Of a stretch of 64,000 nucleotides of DNA, positions 18,511 to 28,530 are shown piece after piece. Each line of letters opens with the position of its first letter. Position 1 is the first letter of the stretch. The notes below the pieces were generated by a model, which was not told the DNA's origin, did no database searches, and was given only the letters and a program-made list of their open reading frames with translations. The position numbers and the translations under genes are program-made. Source of the stretch: a virus. Location of the stretch: positions 38,657 to 102,656 of the IMG/VR virus record IMGVR_UViG_3300042863_003045; one strand, 5' to 3'.

Positions 18511-19623
18511 ATGAGAATATTTAATTATAAAATTTTTAATGAGTCTGCTTCTATTGGAGATGATGATGGTGTGAATCAAATTGTCCAAAATTTATCAAGG
18601 ATAATTAATGATATGAGATTTAAGTTGTTAAATCTTATAGAAATCAATTCAAATATAGATGTTAAAGAGGAATTAGATCTTTTAAAAGATGAGTTTGGCG
18701 AGGATGTTATTAGAGATTTGAATATAGAAGCACTACTTAGAAAGTTATATCAGATAATTTCACTTAAAGGAAGTAACATAAAAGAAAGAATTTCAAATGA
18801 AATAGATTCATATTTAAATTCTTTAGAAAGTAGATTGAATAGTCAAAAAGAAATAAGTGATGATGATCATTTTGATGAATTTGAGGGAGAATATTCAATT
18901 CTGCCAAGAAAAAAATACGAAAAAGAGAAATTTGGACTTCAAGTTGAATTAATGAAACTACAAGAGTGGGTTGTTAAGAATAATAAAAAAGTTGCAATTG
19001 TATTTGAGGGTAGGGATTCTGCTGGAAAAGGTTCGACAATAAAAAGATTCATTGAATATATGAATCCTAAATATTTCAGGGTTGTTGCTCTTGGAATACC
19101 AAGTGAAGAAGAAAGGAACAATTGGTTTGGAAGGTATGAGAATCATCTTCCTAAAGAAGGTGAAATAGTTTTTTTTGATAGAAGTTGGTACAATCGAGGT
19201 GTTGTTGAGCCGGTTATGGGATATTGTACAGAAGATCAATATGATGATTTTATGGACAATGTTGTTAATTGGGAAGAATCTCTAATAAGAGATGGTATTA
19301 TCTTGATAAAATTCTGGTTCTCTATAACGAAAGATAAACAACAACAAAGATTTAAAATAAGACAAGAATCTCCATTAAAATATTGGAAGTTTTCACCAAA
19401 TGATGCAAAAGTAGTTGATAAGTTCGAAATGATAGGAGAATTTAAAAATATTATGTTCCAAAAAACATCAACAAGAACAACTCCTTGGGTTGTTATAAAC
19501 TCCAATGATAAAAAGATCGGAAGATTGAATGCGATCAGATATGCTCTGGATAAGATAGATTATGATGATAAAGATGAATCAAAATGCAAATGGTATCCAG
19601 AGGTAGTTAATGTTTTGTTGTAA
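18511..19623 (+). CDS. ppk2: Polyphosphate kinase 2 with N-terminal extension
   Basis: FEGRDSAGKG, FFDRSWYNR, IKFWFSI, PLKYWKFSPND. Confidence 0.95.
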   Translation: MRIFNYKIFNESASIGDDDGVNQIVQNLSRIINDMRFKLLNLIEINSNIDVKEELDLLKDEFGEDVIRDLNIEALLRKLYQIISLKGSNIKERISNEIDSYLNSLESRLNSQKEISDDDHFDEFEGEYSILPRKKYEKEKFGLQVELMKLQEWVVKNNKKVAIVFEGRDSAGKGSTIKRFIEYMNPKYFRVVALGIPSEEERNNWFGRYENHLPKEGEIVFFDRSWYNRGVVEPVMGYCTEDQYDDFMDNVVNWEESLIRDGIILIKFWFSITKDKQQQRFKIRQESPLKYWKFSPNDAKVVDKFEMIGEFKNIMFQKTSTRTTPWVVINSNDKKIGRLNAIRYALDKIDYDDKDESKCKWYPEVVNVLL

Positions 19624-19640
19624 AATATGATTTAACACAA

Positions 19641-19787
19641 TTAGAGATTCTCTTTTTTAACTTTAGAATATTTATATACACCTCTTAGTAAAGTCCCATT
19701 AAATACATCAGGGAATTTATTGGAGAATTCTGAGGAAGCGAATTCCTCTTTAATAAAATCTAAATATCTTTTAATAATCTTACTCAC
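19641..19787 (-). CDS. 48-aa ORF with shared N-terminal peptide (GTG start, not in ORF track)
   Basis: MSKIIKRYLDFIKEE; AATATATA 4 nt upstream. Confidence 0.5.
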   Translation of the reverse strand: MSKIIKRYLDFIKEEFASSEFSNKFPDVFNGTLLRGVYKYSKVKKENL

Positions 19788-19887
19788 AAGCTATATATTT
19801 AGTTTTAAAACTAAAAAAATAAACAATCCAAAATTATTGAATATAAACCCTATTATAGTTTATAAATTAAAAATAAAATAAAATAAT

Positions 19888-20211
19888 ATGAAAACACAGA
19901 AAGAACAACTTAAAGAACAACTTGGAAAAACAGTTGAATTGTCTAAAAATTTACAAGAACCTAGTAATGAAGATGAACAACAGATGTTAGATAATATTAT
20001 GAATGAAATTAAAGATTTAGATGACTATTTAGATGAAATATCAACAGTTGAAGGAACTGATGGTAAAAAATACAAACATAAAAATAATAAATTAGAAGAT
20101 GAAAATGGTAATATATACACAAAATCAACTGATGATACAGATTATGTTTTTTCAATTGTAAGTAAAGAAACCGGTAAAGAAGCTAAATATACTGTTTATA
20201 ATAAAGATTAG
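19888..20211 (+). CDS. Hypothetical protein
   Basis: 107-aa ORF. Confidence 0.7.
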   Translation: MKTQKEQLKEQLGKTVELSKNLQEPSNEDEQQMLDNIMNEIKDLDDYLDEISTVEGTDGKKYKHKNNKLEDENGNIYTKSTDDTDYVFSIVSKETGKEAKYTVYNKD

Positions 20212-20317
20212 AAAAATAAAAAATTAATTGTTCTTAAAAATTATTAAAAATATACGGTGTGTCTTTTCTAAAATTTTCTAACACTAATGTTAATTCGGAG
20301 AACTGAATCACACTTAC

Positions 20318-20411
20318 ACATAACGGTAAAGTGTATGAGAAGGTTTGTTTAGATGAACTTTCAAATTAGCACAAAAATTTTTAACAAACTTTCTTATACA
20401 CCTTGTTAGCA
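20318..20411 (+). mobile_element. attC-like recombination site
   Basis: acaTAAC...GTTAgca ends enclosing a 19-bp imperfect inverted repeat (20331-20349 / 20383-20401). Confidence 0.65.
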
Positions 20412-20473
20412 CCAGTACGGTTTATTTGGTATAATTTTAAATTTGGAATATTTATATATAAACAAAAACACAA

Positions 20474-20911
20474 ATGGAATTGAGAAAATTTATAGCAACA
20501 ACATTAAGAGAATATCTTAATGAAAATGTAAATATTGAATATTATGAACACGGACAATGTGAATTATTTGCATTAGCACTACATAAAACATTAGGTTATG
20601 ATATGTACTTTTTTATTGATAATAATGCAGAATTTGAAACTGATGAGGGGTTTGATTATGGGGATGCTTTGGTTCATGCATATTGTAAAGACAAAAAAGG
20701 CAACTATTATGATGCAAGTGGATTAATAACATTAAATGATATTGAAAACGACCACGCTGAATATGTTAATGAACCAGAACATATTCTTGTAACAGAAAAA
20801 ATGTTTTATGATTATATCCAAAATGGTTTTATTTCAAAATTTAAAATAACTGAACTAAATAAACTTGAAACTTATATAAAAGAAAATGTTTCAAAATACG
20901 CAGTTCGGTAG
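20474..20911 (+). CDS. Hypothetical cassette protein (papain-like C/H/D motif pattern)
   Basis: GQCELFALALH...VHAY...YYDASG. Confidence 0.7.
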   Translation: MELRKFIATTLREYLNENVNIEYYEHGQCELFALALHKTLGYDMYFFIDNNAEFETDEGFDYGDALVHAYCKDKKGNYYDASGLITLNDIENDHAEYVNEPEHILVTEKMFYDYIQNGFISKFKITELNKLETYIKENVSKYAVR

Positions 20912-21098
20912 TATTGGTGCTAACTATTATATATCTATAACCGATTCAAAACACTTATCAAATCTACTAAAATTAACGAATATTCTTAAAATTTTCGAGT
21001 AAAAATTAAGATGTAAAAATTATTCTCAGATAAGATTTACGATCAAAACTTTACAGTTACTTTTTAAACATTTCTAAAAAAATTTGATATAAAATTCT

Positions 21099-21590
21099 AT
21101 GATAATATATCCGCCAGAAGAGTTAGAAAGGATAAAAAAGGTCCAAGAAACAAATCAGAGACTTGAAGATTTCTTTAAAGTAAGAAGAGAAGAATGGAAC
21201 AATAGTGTTGAACCATTGACTGAGATTTTTAAAATGGATCTAAACACACAAAGTGCAAAAAAGATAATGGAAGTTCAAGCACTTTCTCTCAGTTATAGAC
21301 AAAAAATAAATGATGAGGTTTCAGTTTTTCTTGAGAAAAGATCCAAACAAGATGTTAAGTTAAAGAAGCTAAGACAAGATAAATTCATTTATTATGCTAC
21401 TTCTTTTGCCGTTAAAACAAATACAACTGAAAAGACGATAATGATAGAAGCTCATATTGCAGAAGAAAATAGAAACATAGAAATAATAGATAATTATATT
21501 GACTTTCTTAGATCAACTAATAAAAACATTGAATCTCTACAATTCACAATAAAACATATTATCGAATTGTTTAACTATTTAGGAAGATAA
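21099..21590 (+). CDS. uvsY: UvsY-like recombination mediator
   Basis: Helical 163-aa protein; C-terminal IDFL...IESLQFTIKHIIEL pattern. Confidence 0.55.
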   Translation: MIIYPPEELERIKKVQETNQRLEDFFKVRREEWNNSVEPLTEIFKMDLNTQSAKKIMEVQALSLSYRQKINDEVSVFLEKRSKQDVKLKKLRQDKFIYYATSFAVKTNTTEKTIMIEAHIAEENRNIEIIDNYIDFLRSTNKNIESLQFTIKHIIELFNYLGR

Positions 21591-21892
21591 TGGAAAAGTT
21601 AATAGTAAAAGAAGAAATAAAATTTTTAAATAATACCATATTCAAAAAAGGCGATATCATTGATAAATCAGATACATACAATGTAGAAATAGAAAGTGGA
21701 AATATTGTAATATTTTACACAATGATTGAAAATTTTGTTGAACCATATCATGATATTGATATAAAAATATCAAATCCTTCCGATGACGAAGAAGAAAAAA
21801 TATGGAGAATGCAACTCGATGTTAAAACAACAAGAAAAAAAGCAATAGAAATAGAAAATTTTTTAAGAAAAACTTTAAGAGATTTTATTTAA
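21590..21892 (+). CDS. Hypothetical protein
   Basis: Translationally coupled ORF. Confidence 0.7.
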   Translation: MEKLIVKEEIKFLNNTIFKKGDIIDKSDTYNVEIESGNIVIFYTMIENFVEPYHDIDIKISNPSDDEEEKIWRMQLDVKTTRKKAIEIENFLRKTLRDFI

Positions 21893-21925
21893 TCCTTATA
21901 TTTGTAAATATAAAATCCTAAAAAA

Positions 21926-22837
21926 ATGGATGAAGACGTTAAAAACTACTCAATAGGTGTTGTTGTGGCAAGATTTCAAGTTCATGATCTACATGAAGGA
22001 CATCACCATGTTATCAAACAAGTTGTTGATAATCACAAAAAAACCATTATATTTCTTGGAGTTCCAAAATTTGTAGGAACAAGAAAAAATCCTTTGGATT
22101 TTGATACAAGAAAACGAATGGTACAAACACATTATCCAGATTCAGTGATAATGGCAATTCCAGACCAATCAGATAATAAAAGATGGGCAACTGAATTAGA
22201 TAGAAGAATCAGAGAAGTATATCAACATGGTGAGGTACTTATGTACGGAAGTAGAGATTCTTTTATACCACACTATAAAGAAGGTGGTGGTAAATTTGAA
22301 ACAAAAGAACTTAAACCACTTTCAACAATTGCTGGAACAGATATAAGAAAAATATTATCTGATCAGGTTAAAAATTCCCAAGACTTTAGAAGCGGTGTAA
22401 TATATCACGCATATAATCTATTTCCAAGAGTTATTCCAACTGTTGATGTAGTTATACACAATTCAGATAAAACTGAAATACTATTGGCAAAAAAATATGA
22501 TGAATCAAAATGGAGATTCATTGGTGGATTTCTAAGACCCGAAGACGATAACATAGAATACGCAGCTAAGAGAGTTGTTACAAAAGAAACTGGTAGAAAC
22601 ACAGTTACTGCAGATTACAATTTTCTATTTTCTAAAAAAATAAAAGATTGGAGATTCAGAGGCGAAGACGATGTTATTATGACATCGGTATTCTCTTGTC
22701 AATATCAATGGGGAATGATAACACCATCGGATGACATCATGGAATTAAAATGGTTCAAAATATACGATGTAAAAGACATCGATATTATGGAAGAACACAA
22801 AGAACTTTTCACAGAAACAATTAAAAAATTAAAATAA
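21926..22837 (+). CDS. nadM: Bifunctional NMN adenylyltransferase / Nudix hydrolase (NadM-Nudix)
   Basis: ARFQ..LHEGH (HxGH), KNPLDF, GTDIR; Nudix-like GGF...AAKRVVTKETG. Confidence 0.9.
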   Translation: MDEDVKNYSIGVVVARFQVHDLHEGHHHVIKQVVDNHKKTIIFLGVPKFVGTRKNPLDFDTRKRMVQTHYPDSVIMAIPDQSDNKRWATELDRRIREVYQHGEVLMYGSRDSFIPHYKEGGGKFETKELKPLSTIAGTDIRKILSDQVKNSQDFRSGVIYHAYNLFPRVIPTVDVVIHNSDKTEILLAKKYDESKWRFIGGFLRPEDDNIEYAAKRVVTKETGRNTVTADYNFLFSKKIKDWRFRGEDDVIMTSVFSCQYQWGMITPSDDIMELKWFKIYDVKDIDIMEEHKELFTETIKKLK

Positions 22838-22838
22838 G

Positions 22839-24302
22839 ATGAACTACGACATTTTTAACAACATTCTACTACTTACAGATAGTTATAAACCAACACACTT
22901 TAAACAATATCCTAAAGGAACACAAAAAGTAATTTCCTACCTTGAAAGTCGTGGTGGAAAGTTTGATAACACACTTTTTTATGGACTGCAATACATTATC
23001 AAAAATTATCTTACTGGTAGAGTAGTAACAGAGGAAAAAATCCAACAAGCAAAAAGTTTCTGGGATGCACAAGTAGGCCCAGGAAACTTCTATGAAGAAG
23101 GCTGGAGATTCATTCTAAATGAATTTGATGGTCATCTACCAGTTACAATTAAAGCGGTTCCTGAGGGATCGGTAGTACCAACTGGAAATATACTAATTGA
23201 AGTTGAAAATAATGGAGGAGAACTTACACGATGGCTAACAAACTATCTTGAAAGCATTCTTCTACAAGCTTGGTACCCAATTACAGTTGGAACTCTTTCA
23301 AGAGAAATAAAAAAAGTTCTTATCAATTATCTGAAAAAAACAACAGATTATGATGCAGAAACAATAAATCAGATTGTACAATTTGGTCTTCATGACTTTG
23401 GTTTCCGAGGATGCTCATCTGTTGAAAGTTCAGGAATCGGAGGATCCGCTCATCTAATCAATTTCAGAGGAACAGATACCGCAACTGCTATCCTAACTGC
23501 ACAACATTTTTACAATACAAGTGAAATGTTGGGATTCTCAATTCCAGCATCAGAACACTCAACAATTACTTCTTGGGGAGAAGAGAATGAAGTTAAAGCA
23601 TTTGAAAACATGTTGGATTCTTATAAAGGAATAAGAGCCTGTGTATCAGATTCTTATAATATCATTAGAGCATGTGAAAAATATTGGGGAGAAGATCTTA
23701 GAGATAAAATTCTAAACCTTGATGGAAGACTTGTTATTAGACCCGATAGCGGGGATCCAGTACAAACACTTAAAAAAATATTCTCAATTCTTTGGGATAA
23801 ATTCGGTGGTAGAATCAACTCAAAGGGATTTAAAGTACTTGATGACCACCTTAGAGTTATTCAAGGAGATGGTGTTAACTATGAGTCAATCAAAGATGTT
23901 CTTGATATGATGGTAGATGAAGGATTCTCAACAGAGAATCTAGTATTTGGAATGGGAGGAGCACTGCTTCAAAAAGTAGATAGAGATACTCAGAAATTCG
24001 CTTTCAAGTGTTCAGCAATTGTTTTAAATGGTGAACTAAGAGACGTTATCAAAAGACCAATTGAGATTGATGAGAATGGAGAAATCCAACAATCATTTAA
24101 AACTTCTAAGAAGGGTCCTATGAAACTTCTAAGAAAGGTTAATGGTGATGTTGAAGAATGGGAAACAGTTCAAGAAACAACCGATCTGGTAGGTGATTAT
24201 ATGGTTAAAGTATTTGAGAATGGCAAGATTCTTAAAGAATGGACATTTGAGGAAATTCGAGAAAGAGCCGAGGTTAAATTTAAAGTCAATGAGTATGTTT
24301 GA
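22839..24302 (+). CDS. nadV: Nicotinamide phosphoribosyltransferase
   Basis: TDSYK, LHDFGFRG, IPASEHS, VSDSY, IRPDSG, IQGDG, FGMGG. Confidence 0.95.
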   Translation: MNYDIFNNILLLTDSYKPTHFKQYPKGTQKVISYLESRGGKFDNTLFYGLQYIIKNYLTGRVVTEEKIQQAKSFWDAQVGPGNFYEEGWRFILNEFDGHLPVTIKAVPEGSVVPTGNILIEVENNGGELTRWLTNYLESILLQAWYPITVGTLSREIKKVLINYLKKTTDYDAETINQIVQFGLHDFGFRGCSSVESSGIGGSAHLINFRGTDTATAILTAQHFYNTSEMLGFSIPASEHSTITSWGEENEVKAFENMLDSYKGIRACVSDSYNIIRACEKYWGEDLRDKILNLDGRLVIRPDSGDPVQTLKKIFSILWDKFGGRINSKGFKVLDDHLRVIQGDGVNYESIKDVLDMMVDEGFSTENLVFGMGGALLQKVDRDTQKFAFKCSAIVLNGELRDVIKRPIEIDENGEIQQSFKTSKKGPMKLLRKVNGDVEEWETVQETTDLVGDYMVKVFENGKILKEWTFEEIRERAEVKFKVNEYV

Positions 24303-25017
24303 TGGTAAATCATTTGAAGAACGTTGGAATAAAAGACTTAGAGATATTCGATTAAAAGTTTCTGCTTTTGAGAGAATATCACCTAAACAAGAAAAATTAC
24401 TTAAACTTAGATTTTCTGATAGAAGTTTTGATCCTTCGACAACAGATATTCCAAAAATAAGTTTTATATTTGATTATTCCGTATCGAAACGATCACTGAA
24501 AAGATTTGATAATATTTTATTTGAATTAAATAAAAGAGGATTGGCGATATCATATTTTAAGGATGTTTTGCATCGTCCATTAGAATCGATTGTATATGAA
24601 GATTGTGTAAATTACGTAAAATATGAGGTAGAAGAATCATATTTTAAAATAATGAATAATGAATATGTAAATAGAAAAATTAAATTCATTTCAACTGACT
24701 TAATAAAAATAATCGGCGCTGTTACTATGATAGAAAACGCAGTTGGCATCATATCAAAATATTATGAATATGATTCGGATGGAAATGAAATTTGCAATCT
24801 CCCTTATTCAATTGGAGATATAGTATCATTAAAAAACAATAGAGATTCTGATTATATAGTTAAAAATGTTTATTTTGATGATGAGTTGATGTTCTTTGTT
24901 TCTAAACTTATTTCTCCAATAGAATCAGAAGTTATTTTATTCGATGAAGAAGTTTTAGTAAAAGAATCGGAAATTATTTCTAACAGAGATTTTAGAATTG
25001 ATCAAATTTTAAAATAA
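24289..25017 (+). CDS. Hypothetical protein
   Basis: Likely ATG at 24289; ends RDFRIDQILK. Confidence 0.7.
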   Translation: MSMFDGKSFEERWNKRLRDIRLKVSAFERISPKQEKLLKLRFSDRSFDPSTTDIPKISFIFDYSVSKRSLKRFDNILFELNKRGLAISYFKDVLHRPLESIVYEDCVNYVKYEVEESYFKIMNNEYVNRKIKFISTDLIKIIGAVTMIENAVGIISKYYEYDSDGNEICNLPYSIGDIVSLKNNRDSDYIVKNVYFDDELMFFVSKLISPIESEVILFDEEVLVKESEIISNRDFRIDQILK

Positions 25018-25035
25018 TTTTTGTATATTTACAAT

Positions 25036-25440
25036 ATGAAGTTCTTTAAAGTAAAAACATACGAGACTGTTGAAAGACTGAAAGAGATTGATGAAAAACT
25101 TCCTCAGGATATCTCTGAGAAGGTTCAAAGTATGCCAGGAGATGCTTTTGATGAAAGAGTATCCGAAAATGAAATGATATCATATTTTCATATTGAAGAA
25201 AGTGATTTTTACTTTATAATTAATATATTATTTGAGAATTATGTCAAACTTGAGTACGAAGATATTACTTTTGATGTTTTAATGGATAAATATGAATTTA
25301 AAGATGAAGACTTTGAAATAGTTAAAAAGGACTATATCAAAAATAATACTACTCTTGATATAGTTCTTGATAAAATTAATTTAAAAGGAATAAATTCACT
25401 TAATGATATAGATAAAGAATTATTGGAATCATTCTCCTGA
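25036..25440 (+). CDS. Hypothetical protein with C-terminal DUF6576-like motif
   Basis: LDIVLDKINLKGINSLNDIDKELL. Confidence 0.7.
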   Translation: MKFFKVKTYETVERLKEIDEKLPQDISEKVQSMPGDAFDERVSENEMISYFHIEESDFYFIINILFENYVKLEYEDITFDVLMDKYEFKDEDFEIVKKDYIKNNTTLDIVLDKINLKGINSLNDIDKELLESFS

Positions 25441-25752
25441 TCCAAATGTATGACCACCTGATTTCCAGCTTATATCATCTGATTTTCTGTATCTAAGAAC
25501 CATTCCATCGCTAAGACCTGGTTTACCATCATAATTATCTTCTTTAGCAAGATCCATTACTTTCTCAATTTCAGCATCAGTAGGCATTTTTTTCATTCGT
25601 TTTGAATAAGCGACAATAAACTTATCCAACATATCTTTGAATTCTTCTTCTTTGGTTTTTATTCCAAGTTTCTTTTTTGAAAATGATAGAATATCACTTC
25701 CGATACCTTCATCCACTGAATTGAAATTTTCAAATGTTTTTAAATGCTTCAT
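25429..25752 (-). CDS. Hypothetical protein with shared N-terminal peptide
   Basis: MKHLKTFENFNSVDE. Confidence 0.75.
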   Translation of the reverse strand: MKHLKTFENFNSVDEGIGSDILSFSKKKLGIKTKEEEFKDMLDKFIVAYSKRMKKMPTDAEIEKVMDLAKEDNYDGKPGLSDGMVLRYRKSDDISWKSGGHTFGSGE

Positions 25753-25883
25753 GTTAAAATATTTTTTTTATTCTATATATATTAGTATGAAAAAATCATT
25801 TTTTTACTATATTTGTAATATATATTATTTTTTATATTCTATATATTAGTATAAAAACACACTTTTTTCCTTATATTTGTTAT

Positions 25884-26237
25884 ATGAAAACTCTGAAACA
25901 AGTAATCAATTTTCCAGCTCTCTTACTACACGAAGTTTCACATATTCTGGTTGCTTATCTACTTGGTGGTAAATTAGATTCAATCAAAGTAAAAGAACAT
26001 CAGAAAGGACATCTTGTTTGCCTTTTGAATATCATTGGTCTTAAAGAAAATTATGTTAAATTTGTTGCCTTTTCACCAATTCTTATTCCAATTATTTTCA
26101 TTTTCATTGGATTCACTTTTCCAAAAATTGGTGTTGGATATTTTGTGTATTCAATTCTTACAATTAAAACAACTCTTCCAAGTCCTACTGACTTTAAAGT
26201 ATGTGGATTTAAAGTTCCTGAATTTATCAAAATTTAA
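25884..26237 (+). CDS. Small membrane zinc-metalloprotease-like protein
   Basis: LHEVSH (HExxH), TM segments, PSPTD. Confidence 0.7.
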   Translation: MKTLKQVINFPALLLHEVSHILVAYLLGGKLDSIKVKEHQKGHLVCLLNIIGLKENYVKFVAFSPILIPIIFIFIGFTFPKIGVGYFVYSILTIKTTLPSPTDFKVCGFKVPEFIKI

Positions 26238-26531
26238 TTATTTTGCATAATTTGGTTTTCTACCAGATCCCTTAGATCCTTCTTTCTCAACTCTTCTTTT
26301 TCTAGAAACAGAAGCTTTTTTCTGTTTCTTTGACATTTTTGCAGCAACTCTTACTTTTCTGCATTTTGGATAACCTCCTTTATCAGCATCTTCCCTGCCA
26401 CATGGTGGGTGAGATCCATCTGGATTTGTCTTTGATATATCAACCCATTTTTCTTTGAACCACTTATCTAAACCACCTTTTGGTTTTTTTTCTTCATTTA
26501 TAAACTCATTGAATTCTAATAAGTACTCCAT
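26238..26531 (-). CDS. DUF5872-like basic protein
   Basis: MEYLLEFNEFINEE; GLDKWFKEKWVD, PCGR, YPKCR. Confidence 0.65.
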   Translation of the reverse strand: MEYLLEFNEFINEEKKPKGGLDKWFKEKWVDISKTNPDGSHPPCGREDADKGGYPKCRKVRVAAKMSKKQKKASVSRKRRVEKEGSKGSGRKPNYAK

Positions 26532-27472
26532 TATTTCTTTTTTTTCTTTTTTTCTTTTCTCCACTTACCACCTTTTTTCTTATACCTTTTAGCAGCCGCA
26601 CCAACCGCATAAGCAGATGGCCAAACATCATACTTTGTCTTTGCCCAAGATTTACAAGAACTCCATAAAGACTGATCAACAGCTACATTCTTCTCTAAAA
26701 TAGGAGATTCTGATTCAATCAGATCATTGACATAATCAACCATCTCTGAATATTCATCAACTCCAAATTTCATATCAATGAAAGAAACAATCCTCTCTGA
26801 TTTATCCTTAGGTGATAAAGTATCATCATTGAATATCGAAAGTAATTTGGAATTTATATCAGAAGAAATATTAAAATCTTTTTCCGATAACCAATCAATA
26901 AAAGTATTGCAAATTTCTTCTGATCTGTCCAATTCTTCAAATAAGAAATCGTAATTCTCACTTATACCCAACTCTGATTGCATGTCTTTCTCTATCATAT
27001 CCAATCCTTCTTCAACAGAATCAATAATTTCCTCCATGACAATCTTATCATTCTGAGTTTTTGAAATGAAACCAGAGTCTATATCCAATTCATATTTGAA
27101 CGAATCTCCATTGATCTGATATGTTATTACAATATTATGATCATCTTCATTCTTCCATTCATACATAAGATCTTTACCATCCGAAAAAGACATAACAAGT
27201 TCTTCTAACTCACTTAATTTTTCATCAACATACGATGATTCGTAATTTTTTACAAATTCTAAGAATAATTTTATCCTTCTAGACTCTAATATCTCATATT
27301 CATCTAAATCTGGAATCAAACTTAAAGATGAACCATCATCCCATTTAACCATTATCTGACTTAAATCATCAACTCCAGTTACCAAACCTTCATCGCCAGA
27401 TTTCAACTTTGTATAAGGATCCTCCATTCTTATAAGACGAACTCTTTTACCTATAATTTCCTCCTTTAACAT
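26531..27472 (-). CDS. DUF4314-like N-terminal domain protein with basic WPSAYA tail
   Basis: GDEGLVTGVDD..QIMVKWDDGSSLSLIP; WPSAYA...YKKKGGKW. Confidence 0.7.
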   Translation of the reverse strand: MLKEEIIGKRVRLIRMEDPYTKLKSGDEGLVTGVDDLSQIMVKWDDGSSLSLIPDLDEYEILESRRIKLFLEFVKNYESSYVDEKLSELEELVMSFSDGKDLMYEWKNEDDHNIVITYQINGDSFKYELDIDSGFISKTQNDKIVMEEIIDSVEEGLDMIEKDMQSELGISENYDFLFEELDRSEEICNTFIDWLSEKDFNISSDINSKLLSIFNDDTLSPKDKSERIVSFIDMKFGVDEYSEMVDYVNDLIESESPILEKNVAVDQSLWSSCKSWAKTKYDVWPSAYAVGAAAKRYKKKGGKWRKEKKKKKK

Positions 27473-27527
27473 CTAAACAAAATATATTTTTAATTATATA
27501 TTAGATATAAAATACCTAAAAATAAAC

Positions 27528-28307
27528 ATGAGCCAAAAACTCAAAATACTATTAGAACAATCTAATTTTGATGATCTCCTATCAAAAATAAAAGATCTTA
27601 CAAAAATATCTGATACAATAAAGATAAAAATAGATAATGATTCTATTTTCATGTACGCTATGATAGGAAGCGAAAGTATTGTACTTGCTTTTAAAAGTTA
27701 TGAAATCCCCACAAAGGATTATCTTCTTATAAAAGAAGAATTAACACACACAATCAATATAATTATCACAAGCGCAAAAAGATTTGTTAAAAATATGTCT
27801 TTTATAAAAAAAGACCATAAAATAGAAATGATGATAATACATAAAGCAGAGAATGATAATAATTCAGAAGCTCGCAGTGTTCAAATCAAAAATGATAAAT
27901 TCAAACTAAATATAGAAACCGGAGAAACATCAGAAATAAAAGAAATAACAAAAGAACAACTTAATAAAAGGTTAGATCTTAAGAATAAAAACTGGTCATT
28001 TAGAATAAAAAATTCAGACTTCAACGATATTAAAAGCCTATCAACAATCAATTCAGACGATACAAGAAGAATTTTAAATATAAATATAGAAGACTACAAA
28101 GTTTTCATATCAGAAACAAACCTTTGGGAAATTGAGATAGATTATATAACAGAAGAAAACAAACAACTAAGTATAAATAAAAAATTCCTGTCTTCAATAA
28201 ATGACGGTGGAAAAGATATAGATGCACATGTATTCGAAACATTTATTCTCATTAAAGATGATGAAAGCCAATTAATGATATCATTCGAACAAGATTTTAC
28301 ACAGTAA
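27528..28307 (+). CDS. Putative sliding clamp (gp45/PCNA-like)
   Basis: 259 aa, alternating helix/strand pattern, adjacent to polymerase. Confidence 0.5.
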   Translation: MSQKLKILLEQSNFDDLLSKIKDLTKISDTIKIKIDNDSIFMYAMIGSESIVLAFKSYEIPTKDYLLIKEELTHTINIIITSAKRFVKNMSFIKKDHKIEMMIIHKAENDNNSEARSVQIKNDKFKLNIETGETSEIKEITKEQLNKRLDLKNKNWSFRIKNSDFNDIKSLSTINSDDTRRILNINIEDYKVFISETNLWEIEIDYITEENKQLSINKKFLSSINDGGKDIDAHVFETFILIKDDESQLMISFEQDFTQ

Positions 28308-28321
28308 ATTAAATAATAGAA

Positions 28322-28507
28322 ATGAAACAATCACACATTATAATCAAGGAATTGCAGAATGGAAGAAAACAAGGTATAGTACTATTAAATATAGAAGAAA
28401 TATGGGAATTTGAAGATTTTGAAGAAGCTGAAAGAATTGCAAAAGCCTTTGAAATTAATTCAGATTCTGGTTGGAAATATAAGGTTAAAAGTATTAAATC
28501 AATTTAA
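28322..28507 (+). CDS. Small hypothetical protein
   Basis: 61-aa ORF in operon. Confidence 0.65.
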   Translation: MKQSHIIIKELQNGRKQGIVLLNIEEIWEFEDFEEAERIAKAFEINSDSGWKYKVKSIKSI

Positions 28508-28530
28508 TTATAAAAAATAATAAAAATAAA

